Assembly: GCF_000002075.1 (NCBI RefSeq)
Contig: NW_004797288.1
Coordinates: forward strand, 2,629,328-2,666,626
DNA from: Aplysia californica
Taxonomy: Eukaryota
Length of the DNA: 37,299 nucleotides
Reading direction: 5' to 3'
This document shows, piece by piece, positions 23,601 through 31,913 of this stretch. Made by a program: the position numbers and the translations under genes. The notes under the pieces were generated by a model. It saw only the letters and a list, made by a program, of their open reading frames with translations. It had not been told where the DNA came from and made no database searches. Each line of letters begins with the position of its first letter. The stretch's first letter is position 1.

Positions 23601-26217
23601 TGCTGCTTATCAGAATACGTGTTTGCTACATCCTTGAAGGGTCAACAAAGCAGTACAGCTTAGTAAAAAAAAAATTGAATGTTTGGGGAGAGCAAGTCTT
23701 GTAGTGCAATGGCAAGAAAACATTGAATGTCTGACAAAAGCTGTTGGTGTATTACACCTCTCGGTCGTCACCTTTTCTCTCACAACTTTGCATCATGAGC
23801 AGAGGGACTGAGCTTAGTTACAAAATGTCACTTTTTTTTTTTCTAACAACCCTTCTGTTTTGGCAACATGCTTGTGTTTGCCTCAAACTTTCTTCGTGGG
23901 TAGTTGGCGGGTGCTCTGGTGTGGTTTGCTTCTTTTTTCCTATCAAACATCTGTCGTCTTTTATCTCCCCACCTTCTTTTTTGTATTTGTTACTCCCTTG
24001 TAAACCTCTAATCTTCGGCGCTTATGTAACCTTATATGTTTTGCAAGTGCCGTAAAACACTTACTAAAAATAAAACTTTTCCTCTCTCCAGCGCCCCAGA
24101 ACCAGCGGGACCAGCGAGCGTCATTATCCAGAATGTGGCTTCAGGAGTCTCCAAAGCGGCGTCAACAGCCTTCTCTACCGCCAAGGATGTCTTCTACTCG
24201 CTGCAGGCCAAGCAGGTGAGGGCTCCTTCTGACTCTGAATTCTTTTATGTGGTTTGTCCTCACGCAATAGAAATCAGTGTTTTGTTGTGGGAATATAATT
24301 GCTCCTGTCTATGAAATGGTTTGCTTTGCCAAACCTGAAATCCATGCTTTGTTTAGAGAGGGAGACTAAGATTGCTCCTGTCTCTGAATTCTTTGAAATA
24401 GCTCGTCTTTTTCTTTTTTGAGAAGTCTAAGAGTTTTGGAATTTTGGAATTAGGACCCAGAGGGATCTGTTCTAGAAAGGATTGACATCTTGGTGTTGAA
24501 GAAAAGAATTGAGTTGGTCAAAGCAATCTGTGGAAAAGACAGAAAGATACCCTGGTCTGGTGATAAAATATCAGAAAATTTATTTTGATAAATTCTGAAG
24601 GAAAATTGTATGAGGGATCTATTTCTGATGTTGTTTTGCTTGGATGTGTACATAAAACATTAAAAATTGTCCAAAAGTAAGCAGTGCTTTTACTTTTGTA
24701 AGCACTGAGTGAAAGCAATCATATTTGGTGGAGGCTCTCGTGGTCTAGGGGTTACGGTGTTTGCCTCTCGTTCAATAGGTCTCGGGTTCTAAACTGGAAT
24801 GCGATGGACAATTTTCTTCTCCAAAATTTTCTCCTTTCCCCTCCTTTCCTGCTCTCCAAACCATGTTCTGTCGTCTGCTTTCGTCTTCACTTTCTAACCA
24901 TGTGGAGGAAGATAGTGTGGTTCACTTACCTGTGAAGATCGATTGGTGCTTTGATGAAACCATGCTATATTGTGTCAGAGAGGTTTGACGGATCACTTAT
25001 GTCGCTATGGGGGATAGTGAGGTTCAAGTAGAATTTTAATTGCACTTTCCCGCTTTTGTAGTTTGAATCTGAATTTAATATTTATACACATGTATCTAGC
25101 TATCAGGAATTTTTTTTGGCCAAAAAATGATTTACACTAAAATTCGAGTTCGTGAGGTTCCATCAGAGCACCGGTGATATAGGTCATTACTTAAACTTCA
25201 TGTCGAAGTCACAAGAGATGCTCTCGTAGAAAAATTATGTGATGTTTCTTTCTTATTCTTGGATTGGTTTTCTGATGTGGTCATGTCTTGTGGACCAATG
25301 GGTGGTAGAAAGAGTTCAAAGTAGAAAAGCGCTGGATGTCCCAACAAAGATTTTTTACTTCTTTTTTTTAACAGAATGAAAGGAAGATGCAGGGTCAGAG
25401 TGAAAAAAAAGATGCAGCTCTAGATCCAAAACGACCCATAATTGTGAAAGTGAGAGGTGACAGCGAGGCGTATAAAGCTCTGACAAATGCTGGAGCTGTA
25501 CCACATGCGGTCCCACCAGGAGGCTGGGTGCCCAAGGAATCGATTTGGACACCCCCTGAAGACTGGATGCCGCCAACAGAGTCCACTTGGAAACCTCCAG
25601 CATCCACTTGGAAGCCACCTCCGTCCACTTGGAGGCCGCCTCAGTCCAGTTGGAAACCGCCTCAGTCCGCTTGGAAGCCACAAAAATCCTCCTGGAAACC
25701 GCCCCAGGTGGACTGGGCGCCACAGCAGTATGAGTGGTTTTCCGTCGGATCGGACTGCGATCCAGCAGAGTTATGCGGGGCCACTTCTCCGTCAGCCATT
25801 CCTAGTGTAGTAGACGGGTCTGAGAGGCAGGAAAGTGCCGTAGCAAATGGGGGGAGTACTGAGGCTGAAGCCAGGAGCTCTGTGGATGAGCCAACCGCCA
25901 ACAACTCGGATGTGGCTGATGACGCCGCGGTCAAAAGCTGTGGGGAAGAGCCGGCTGTGAAGAGAAACTCGGCTTCCTCTCTGACGTCATCATCGCCCCC
26001 TGTGTCGCTGCAGTCCTCCCCGATCGCGTCGCTCACCATTGCAGACTCAGCTCTGCGGAGAGAGATCCAAGGAATGCAGCGGCTCATCGAGATGGGTTTC
26101 GCCAACCGCGAGAAAAACCGGCAATTGCTGATCAAGTTTGACGGGGACCTAGAGTGCGTTGTGCAGAGTCTCCTGCAGGAGGAAGGGGAGGACCACTGGG
26201 CTTTCCACCGCCACTAG
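5568..26217 (+). CDS. NBR1: NBR1-like selective autophagy receptor (PB1-ZZ-coiled coil-LIR-J helix-UBA), 17 exons, 5'-incomplete, at least 1725 aa
   Basis: join(5568..5636,6380..6421,7260..8470,9847..9928,10300..10740,11874..12012,12647..12719,13694..14005,14393..14498,15691..15774,16140..16215,17619..17822,19389..19585,19840..20675,21875..22213,24092..24215,25375..26217). All introns are GT-AG with pyrimidine tracts and matching phases; total 5178 nt with no internal stop. PB1 'VKYMDDEGDWVELGSDAELQEALKFTSRSGEILQLQV'; ZZ 'CDHC..YKCGNCADFDLCEKCE..HDPTHVF'; UBA 'LIEMGFANREKNRQLLIKFDGDLECVVQSLL' resembles NBR1 (EMGFxxRxxNxxLL) rather than p62 (SMGFSDEGGWL). Orthology is by motif recall, not a database search. 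Confidence 0.85.
5939..6038 (+). mobile_element. Short retroposon family A, 3' partial copy
   Basis: gttactctcttgtaacac...gcacttatatatgaccttattgtgttgcaagtgctgtaaaactc. Confidence 0.75.
6380..6421 (+). CDS. NBR1: Exon: PB1 part VELGSDAELQEALK (42 nt, phase 0/0)
   Basis: ttccag|GTT...AAG|gtacac; completes the OPCA motif and helix. Confidence 0.85.
7260..8470 (+). CDS. NBR1: Exon: PB1 last strand plus long Pro/Ser/Ala-rich disordered linker (phase 0/2)
   Basis: ccaacag|TTC...GG|gtaag; lies inside ORF 7206..8474; GC content is clearly higher than the flanking introns. Confidence 0.88.
8520..8797. mobile_element. piggyBac-like MITE (TTAA-flanked)
   Basis: ttaa-caccttcaggacc ... ggtcccgatggtgt-ttaa imperfect TIRs. 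Confidence 0.55.
8798..9567. mobile_element. piggyBac-like MITE (TTAA-flanked), abutting the previous one
   Basis: ttaa-aacccaattcaccc ... gggtgcaatggg-ttaa; CCC/GGG termini are typical of piggyBac. Confidence 0.55.
9847..9928 (+). CDS. NBR1: Exon ASSTSASEETGEILARGGSVAASMDGE (phase 2/0)
   Basis: ttacag|A...GAG|gtaagt; phases match both neighbours. Confidence 0.8.
10300..10740 (+). CDS. NBR1: Exon: Lys/Glu-rich region ending YEDFLKHMKK (phase 0/0)
   Basis: ctctag|ATC...AAG|gtaaat; in frame with ORF 10342..10788; an alternative in-frame acceptor at 10318 is possible. Confidence 0.82.
11202..11315 (+). repeat. Dispersed old repeat, copy 1 of 3 (others 15293-15408 on +, ~35675-35794 on -)
   Basis: Shared gaaa(a)tgg..gcc.aagt.tgg.gactt..aagcttg.gt.tc.ttggaaac...tttt(g)atcaa...agta.aatcc.ta.agaaatg; probably a DNA-transposon remnant. 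Confidence 0.6.
11874..12012 (+). CDS. NBR1: Exon VKKDLHSSIVKDVTKHTDKLLKK...KGET, pre-ZZ helix (phase 0/1)
   Basis: ttcacag|GTG...ACAG|gtaagg; open frame; helical segment in the same position as the pre-ZZ helix of NBR1. Confidence 0.82.
12309..12460 (+). mobile_element. Degenerate tRNA-derived SINE head
   Basis: A-box-like tggtttaatgat and B-box-like ggtttgatttcc; the body resembles 32020-32070; 3' end uncertain. Confidence 0.5.
12647..12719 (+). CDS. NBR1: Exon: ZZ zinc finger N-half SILHKGITCDHCDLEIVGVRYKC (phase 1/2)
   Basis: ttccag|GC...GG|gtaagt; canonical ZZ H-x-G-I-x-CDxC...RYKC. Confidence 0.92.
13694..14005 (+). CDS. NBR1: Exon: ZZ C-half plus K/E/R-rich coiled coil (phase 2/2)
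   Basis: ccccag|G AAC TGT...CT|gtgagt; NCADFDLCEKCE...HDPTHVFLKL. Confidence 0.92.
14393..14498 (+). CDS. NBR1: Exon DDVVKALETLSPDLEEKQRERPAQWATPYESFPLN (phase 2/0)
   Basis: ttgcag|A...AAT|gtgagt. Confidence 0.8.
14664..14838 (+). mobile_element. Short retroposon family A, full copy
   Basis: Consensus body plus 11-bp TSD aactttgaata (14653-14663, 14839-14849). Confidence 0.88.
15293..15408 (+). repeat. Dispersed old repeat, copy 2
   Basis: Aligns by eye with 11202-11315. Confidence 0.6.
15691..15774 (+). CDS. NBR1: Exon ISSPADGQEVFDVWQEREKTGMIEAVEG (84 nt, phase 0/0, potentially skippable)
   Basis: Long T tract then tttcag|ATT...GGG|gtatgt. Confidence 0.72.
16140..16215 (+). CDS. NBR1: Exon MINDCTRRRTLSTEAVDGDDPDFCP (phase 0/1)
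   Basis: tttcag|ATG...CCCA|gtaagt; needed to reconcile the phase with the next exon. Confidence 0.78.
17619..17822 (+). CDS. NBR1: Exon QRKRLASDSSGSS...LPLLPNLT (phase 1/1)
   Basis: ttacag|TC...ACAG|gtttgt; open frame. Confidence 0.78.
18525..18699 (+). mobile_element. Short retroposon family A, full copy
   Basis: gttggttgttggtgggtgctctggtgtggtttgctcc...aagtgccgtaaaactcttactaaaactaa. Confidence 0.85.
18860..18962 (+). mobile_element. Short retroposon family A, degraded 3' partial copy
   Basis: atatgacctatttgtgttgcaagtgccgtaaaactc. Confidence 0.7.
19176..19335 (+). mobile_element. Short retroposon family A, diverged copy
   Basis: gtgggtgattg..tgtggtttgctccttcttcctta...gcaagtgctgtaacactcttactaaa. 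Confidence 0.75.
19389..19585 (+). CDS. NBR1: Exon: acidic region with LIR-like motifs DDSEEFCIL and EDYEEI (phase 1/0)
   Basis: ttctag|AT...AAG|gtaatt; [WFY]xx[LIV] cores preceded by acidic residues. Confidence 0.85.
19840..20675 (+). CDS. NBR1: Exon: Glu-rich region and long coiled coil (phase 0/2)
   Basis: ttacag|GAT...AG|gtgagt; in frame with ORF 19858..20679. Confidence 0.88.
20746..20922 (+). mobile_element. Short retroposon family A, full copy
   Basis: Consensus body; near-perfect TSD tttttctctat / ttttcctctat. Confidence 0.85.
21875..22213 (+). CDS. NBR1: Exon: coiled coil plus Ser/Thr-rich segment ending VRDVDCQT (phase 2/2)
   Basis: tcgcag|G AAT...AC|gtaagt; in frame with ORF 21705..22217. 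Confidence 0.86.
22319..22832. mobile_element. piggyBac-like MITE (TTAA-flanked)
   Basis: ttaactcacccggcccta ... taggcctgggtttgagtgagttaa. Confidence 0.55.
23896..24072 (+). mobile_element. Short retroposon family A, full copy abutting a splice acceptor
   Basis: Consensus body; imperfect TSD aaactttcttc / aaacttttcctc. Confidence 0.85.
24092..24215 (+). CDS. NBR1: Exon: juxta-UBA (J-type) amphipathic helix IIQNVASGVSKAASTAFSTAKDVFYSL (phase 2/0)
   Basis: ctccag|C...CAG|gtgagg; small/hydrophobic periodicity like the NBR1 J helix. Confidence 0.84.
24730..25030 (+). mobile_element. Degenerate tRNA-derived SINE
   Basis: ggctctcgtggtctaggggtta (A box) ... ctcgggttctaaact (B-box-like); 3' end uncertain. 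Confidence 0.5.
25375..26217 (+). CDS. NBR1: Terminal coding exon: WxP heptad repeats, linker, UBA domain, stop TAG
   Basis: taacag|AAT; in frame with ORF 25387..26217; MGF motif of UBA; ends EDHWAFHRH*. Confidence 0.92.
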   Translation, partial: NERKMQGQSEKKDAALDPKRPIIVKVRGDSEAYKALTNAGAVPHAVPPGGWVPKESIWTPPEDWMPPTESTWKPPASTWKPPPSTWRPPQSSWKPPQSAWKPQKSSWKPPQVDWAPQQYEWFSVGSDCDPAELCGATSPSAIPSVVDGSERQESAVANGGSTEAEARSSVDEPTANNSDVADDAAVKSCGEEPAVKRNSASSLTSSSPPVSLQSSPIASLTIADSALRREIQGMQRLIEMGFANREKNRQLLIKFDGDLECVVQSLLQEEGEDHWAFHRH

Positions 26218-29200
26218 GTGGTGTCACGACAAAGAGATGTCTCTTTCTCCTCTCTGAACTACCCTTTGTTTCTTTTTTTTCTCATGGTAGGATTGTGGTA
26301 GGACATTCACATTTCTCATGTTAAAAGACTAGCCAGTATAAAGAAGAATAAACTTATAAGCAGTTATAACTTAGATTATTGTTTCATTTGACATGTTTTC
26401 ACTCTTGTTCGTGAACAGAAAGAGGCTAGAACACCAACTACAAATAGTAATTTGAATACTTTTTAAGTATGTTATTTCATTAGGGGTTCTAGTTCAGCTC
26501 AGTATTTCGAAAGATCTGTTACCTGAGAATGATTTGGAGTTTCTATTTTCTCTTCTTGACGTCGTTGAAAGCAGAAACTTTTGCACCAAACAAGTACTGT
26601 AAGTCTTTTTGAGCTAAGCACAGAGGAAGGAAGGAAAGGGTAGTCAGGGATGGAGTTGTGAGAAAGACTTAGAACTTGTAGGGCGACTAAGAATTTGAGA
26701 ACGAGGAGATTTAGAGACAGCCTTTGTGTGACCAATGACAGAAGCTGTGCTATGATAAATTATGGAAGAGGTTTCACACCTTCCTGATAACACGAGGAAC
26801 AAGTATGGATTCTTCTTTCTGCTTTTGTATTTTACGAAGTTTTATTTGCTTCATTTTTAAATAGAAATATATGATGAGGTATGGTTTGATCTTACCTCTA
26901 GCTTGTGCTTTCTAAAGTTTTAAATCTTTCATTGCAGAATTTTATGTTTATGCTAAGAATATCTACTTGAAGGTGATGACATAAGCATTCTTGATACATC
27001 AGCTATTTTAATTTTTCCTTTTCACTGCAATTTTTCCTTCAAAATGTGTAATCATGTGTAATTCCATTTGTTTTTAATGAAGATTTGGAATTTGTATCTA
27101 TTATTTTCTTTTAGTCAAGTTACTGTTATATATTCTTTTTGTCCCCCCCCCCCCCCCCCCCCCCCCCGTTATGTGTGAAGTAAAGTGCAAATGCACTGCT
27201 GGCGCTACATCAAGTTGCATTGATTGTAGAGAGAGAGAGAGAGACTGACAACCGAAAGTAATGGGGTGCAAATTACTAAATGTATACTTTTTATGTATGT
27301 CAATACATGTCTGAACATTTTTTCACACATTTATATTGCATACTTTTGTACTGGTAGCTTACATTGTAGTAGTAGTAGTAGGTGAAAATTGAATTAAACT
27401 TAGCAGATGGGTGAAAAAAGCTGTTTTGTAGATAGAGTGGAGAGATATAAAGACTATTTATGTGCAAAAGGCTTCTCTTTACCTACAGTCCACACCTGGC
27501 AACTCTATATATACCTAGCGAAATTTGTGCTGGTATTCAACCGTGAAGAGAATGGAGCAACAAGTACACAAGTATTACCCTTGACCCTTTTTTTGTGACA
27601 ATAGACACTCTTATGAATTGTAAGCTGTAAAATTTTCTTGGAGGTAAAACTAGGTTGGAGCAAACTAACAACACATTGCTGGAGTACTCCTTTGAGGCTC
27701 CAGTGGCCCACTTAGTAAAGAATGAGCTCAAGCTAACTCTGACTTGGGATTTGCAATTCTGTGTCTGGTAAAACGCAACAGCTACTCTCCTCCTCAAGAG
27801 CAAAAATCCTCAATTTGAAATTAAAAAAAAAAAGAATTTGTTTCTGCAAGGCAAAGATGGAACAAGCGAGGTGATGAGTGTACTACTTTTACATGCCATG
27901 TACTAGTTTCCCGTTTCTTATGTGCGCTAAATATCATGAAATTTTGTTTGTGGTGTTTACATTGCTGACGGTTGTTACATCAGAAATGTATCATTCTTAC
28001 CAAACTATGCTTTTTATACAATGACGTGCTGGAACTGTAGAGTTTCTTGCTTTTGAAAAAGTCATCAGGAGGTTTTTGACTGAGGAAGTACATTTTGCAT
28101 CTTGATCTGTCCGCGATTTCTTTTTTATGTCTTTGGTATTGGGTCATCTTTTGAGACTTGAGATTTTTTTTTTGTGATTGTCAAGAGGGAATTTGCTTCT
28201 TTTTATATTTCAATTTTCTTTCCTTTTATGTGGTGAATGTATCAGAATTCTAATGTTTCATTTTGCCCAGTTTTTATTGAAGTTTAGATTGTCAATTAAT
28301 ATTGTCTCAGATCTGATTGCCATGATTACGAGATGTGGACATTTTGCACAGGAATTCGCTGACGGTTATTCCACAATCTCGAGTGAGGATTGAACTTTGT
28401 TAGGTGTGGTTTGCCTTTTATTTTCTCATCTTTATTTTTGACCAACGTCTTTTGGAGAAAGACAGCAACATGGGGACTAATTAATTATATATGTGCACTT
28501 GTTATGCTATGTTTTAACTTTACTCCTGCAATGCTTTAATTAAAGTGTTTCACGATCAGTCTATTGCTTCTAGCACAAGCATTTGCTCTGTATGAGCTGT
28601 ATAAGAACCCCACTGCATGGGGTGACCTTTGGTGTAGAGGATGAGGATGCTGCACTCTGAACATGCAGAGTTTTATTTCTATTATTTTGGTGGGGTTTTT
28701 TCGCTACTGGAAACAGATGATCTGTGTCAAAAGTGTAAGGTGTAGGCTTACACCAGTTCATTCCCTTCTCAGAGCCGCTGTGCTCTGAAGGGACATGTGT
28801 CAAACCTTTATCACAAGGGGAAGAGAGAGGAGGTTTGAAGAGGTTTTCAATGGAAGAGACAACTTTCAAATGGAGAGAGATTAACACTAGTGTAGGTATC
28901 GTGTTATATTGTATGTTATGCAAAGTGGCTCAGTGGAAAAGGTATCTTCCCGTGAACAGATTGTTATGGAGCAAGACAAAGAGCCAATTTTGTGGTCAAT
29001 GCAGTCTGTGGGGGAGTGCGGGGGAAATGCTTGCTCACTACGCGCATATTTTCTTAAATTGAATTGTTCATGGTGCCCGTCGTCAGCACTACCCAATATG
29101 TATTAGCTTATGTGAACTCTTTCTAATGAAATAAATACCAATACTCACAAAATGCCGGTTATGTCACAGGACCCACATGTGTTGACAACTCACTAAAAGA

Positions 29201-30550
29201 TGCTTCTTCTAGATTTTATGTAATTACTTCTAGACTTAAGATTTAATCTAGTTTGGGATTGTTTGAAGCTTGTCTTGGATCTGTAACTGAAGTTAAGAAA
29301 TATGTTGTTTTATTGTATGTCGGTATTCTGACGGAACGTGGGACCCACTGCAGTGGGAGAAGAGATGTAGTGGGGTCTGTTGCATACTGTGAGAACAACC
29401 CTTTGTTTGCAATGATGACAGTGAAAGTGTTTTATGTCCGGAGCCACTGCTTGACTTTACTGAAAGGACATACCCATTGCAGTTATCTTGTGTCTTACTG
29501 TGCTCATCAGATCTGCCTGTTCCAAGAACGGAAAACAATTCTGCTGTGTTTTAGCAGACAGGCTAAGCGCTCTGATAACTGTCCGATTTTTTTCTTCCCC
29601 TGTCAAAGAACTCTGATCTCATTTGCATAAAATCTGATTTCAAAACAAAATTTGGTTTCTGTCGAGTCCCAGGGGGCTTATCCTAAATGACACGAAAACA
29701 ATTTTATTTGTTGTGACCTATTATAAATGGTGTGAAAATACACTTTTTTATTTGTTGTGACGTATTATAAATTATGTGATAATACACATTGTTATTTTCG
29801 TGCATTTGCAATGCTCGTTTATTTGCCTCGGTTGGTTGGTTTTCGTAATCTCGATAAAGGGGTTCAACCGGATGATTCCGTAGGAAATTTCCCTTTTTTT
29901 GGGGTCATGGAGTGGTTGGCAGGTCTAGTTTCAGGGGTAATGGCATCTGTCTTATTTGGTTTAAAGAGAATGCTGAACAAGAGACGATACGTTGACCAGT
30001 GGACCTTCTGGCAGGCAGGTGTGTGACATCTGGGTCCCTTAATATGTCGTATTAAGTCATTCCATCAGCCCTTATCATGTATGTTTAACACTAACTAATA
30101 TTTTTCCATTTTTTACTTTGCTGAAACTGATAAAAAAAATTCGCTCAATGAATGTGGGAATCTAATTTGAAATGTTCATTGAAAACCCTGCTTAATCACT
30201 TTGAGGTGGTCCAAAGAAATGTTTTTTTTTGGGTTTTTTTTTGTTCATTTGGGTCTTTTTTCCCCCCCAGCCTGTTGACTTTGAAAGTGAGCTTGTCTTT
30301 TTTTTTTTTTTGGGGGGGGGGGGGGGGGTATTTTATTGAATATTGAACATTTTCTTTTTTTCATTGATTTTCTGGCTCTTTCGGAACAATGTTCTATTAT
30401 TTAATTGTGTTCATGTCTTTCCTCTCCTAGTTCATCCCTCGTCTCACTCACCATGATTAGCCAAGTCTGTACATAAGTGGATCCTGTCCTTGTCATGTCA
30501 CCTTGATAGCTGTATTGAGGCGTGAATAAAGATATATATAGAGAAAATAA
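26218..30550 (+). other. Probable long 3' UTR (~4.3 kb) with alternative poly(A) signals
   Basis: T-rich, no recognisable TE copies, unlike the introns and flanks. AATAAA at 26347, 29130 and 30525; the last is followed by a GT/T-rich downstream element. Extent is inferred. Confidence 0.5.
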
Positions 30551-30580
30551 TTACTGGTATTTTGTTGACTTTTTGTTGAG
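30525..30580 (+). terminator. Candidate distal polyadenylation signal
   Basis: AATAAA at 30525-30530, then 'tggtattttgttgactttttgttg' about 25-50 nt downstream. Confidence 0.45.
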
Positions 30581-30806
30581 TAATAGGATCATAGAAAAAC
30601 AGAATAAAATGGTCTGGCCTTCTGTTACGAATGTCACCTGGCCAGCCAGCCTCGAGAACCTATACCACCAAGTACTCATATAAAGGAAGGTAGACCATGC
30701 AAAAGATGGATTGAGGATGTCGGGGAAACCCTAAGAACTTATATCTCTACTGAAAGAGCTGCAGTGATGGCCTTCTGTAGAAAACTGCATGTTCCCTCGA
30801 CACTTT

Positions 30807-31168
30807 TAATAATAGATAATAATAATAGACAGCATTTGTATAGCGCCAATCCCCGCTCAACAGCAAGCTCTGTGCGCTTCACAATCTATACTATTTACCC
30901 CAGCACACCTGAGAGCATTCTGATGCAAACTCAACTTCCTGGGAAGCATACAGTGCAAGCAGCCATTTATAGGCGCTCAAACACTAACATACTGACAAGA
31001 TCTTTCGCTGTCTATGGCTGGGTACCCATTTCCACCTTTGTGAAGTGAGGAAAATTCGTGCAAAGTGACTTTCCCAAGGACACAACGTCGGGCCCACAGC
31101 TCGAACCCCCTACCCCGCAACCTCCCGATTACGAGTCAGGTAGCCTAACCACTAGGCCTCGGATGCCA
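30807..31168 (-). mobile_element. tRNA-derived SINE with CORE/V-like central part and L2-like (TAT)n tail
   Basis: Minus strand: ggcctagtggtta (A box), ggttcgagc (B box), gttgtgtccttgggaaagtcactt, ends gcgctatacaaatgct..tattattatt; second copy at 36187-36543. Confidence 0.85.
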
Positions 31169-31725
31169 CTCAAAAGCTTTTACCTTTTAAAGGCAACAGA
31201 GGATGAAAAAAGTACAAGTAGCATTGTGTTGTTTTGGAGGGTGTCACCAGGTTTTGTTTTGGTATCAGGGTTGTGGAGAGGCTGAGTGGAGAGTTTGGAG
31301 GGGAATAGATCCGCACTGGATTATACTTATACATAATGGTGTAGTGGTTGCAAGCTTCCCCATGATCTCTCACAGGAGACGTGATGTAGATTCTTTTGTG
31401 GGAAGAATTTTTATTAAGTATCTCTCGCTTTGTGTTGGACGTTGAATCCTTCTTAGTCTTAGCACGGGGCAGCCATATGGTCAGAGTAGCCCGTCTCCTA
31501 AATAAACTAAAGCGTGTTGATTTGGGTGTTCAACTTCAACAATGAACTTTTTACAAAGACTCCAAGGCACATTTAATACCACACCTACACCATGCCTGCA
31601 CATATCTGTATGTTGTGAATGTTTCTGCCTCTTTCAAAACCGTTTAGATCATTTAGGAGGTGGGCTGCCTTTACTTTGCCTGTCAGGGCCAATATTCACT
31701 GAGTAGGATACAACAGACAGAGATA

Positions 31726-31913
31726 GTGGGTGGTTGGCGGATGCTCTGGTGTGGTTTGCTTCTTCTTTCCTATCAAGCATCTATCGTCATTATTGCCCCT
31801 TCTTTTTTAATGTTTGTTACTCTCTTGTAACACTAACACCTCTAATCTTCTGGCTCTCATATGACCTTATGCAGTTGCGAGGGCCGTAAAACCTTAACTA
31901 AAACTAAAACCAA
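31726..31913 (+). mobile_element. Short retroposon family A, full copy
   Basis: Consensus body; TSD agacagagata (31715-31725, 31914-31924). Confidence 0.88.

Noticed and set aside
25525-25737. 21-nt periodic DNA or the dispersed ~180-bp repeats as a CRISPR-like array
   Set aside because: Eukaryotic coding repeat and dispersed retroposons with TSDs; no constant repeat with unique spacers, no cas genes
7175-26135. Many overlapping minus-strand or alternative-frame ORFs (e.g. 19758..20186, 20332..20802, 25662..26135)
   Set aside because: Shadows of the GC- and purine-rich coding exons on the + strand
5568-26217. Calling the gene SQSTM1/p62
   Set aside because: The domain order fits, but the UBA signature, J-type helix, coiled coils, C-terminal Trp tail and size are NBR1-like, and no KIR (DPSTGE) motif was seen
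26215-26320. Stop-codon readthrough or selenocysteine recoding
   Set aside because: The stop is TAG-G at the expected end after the UBA; the downstream frame is short and T-rich; no in-frame TGA in the CDS
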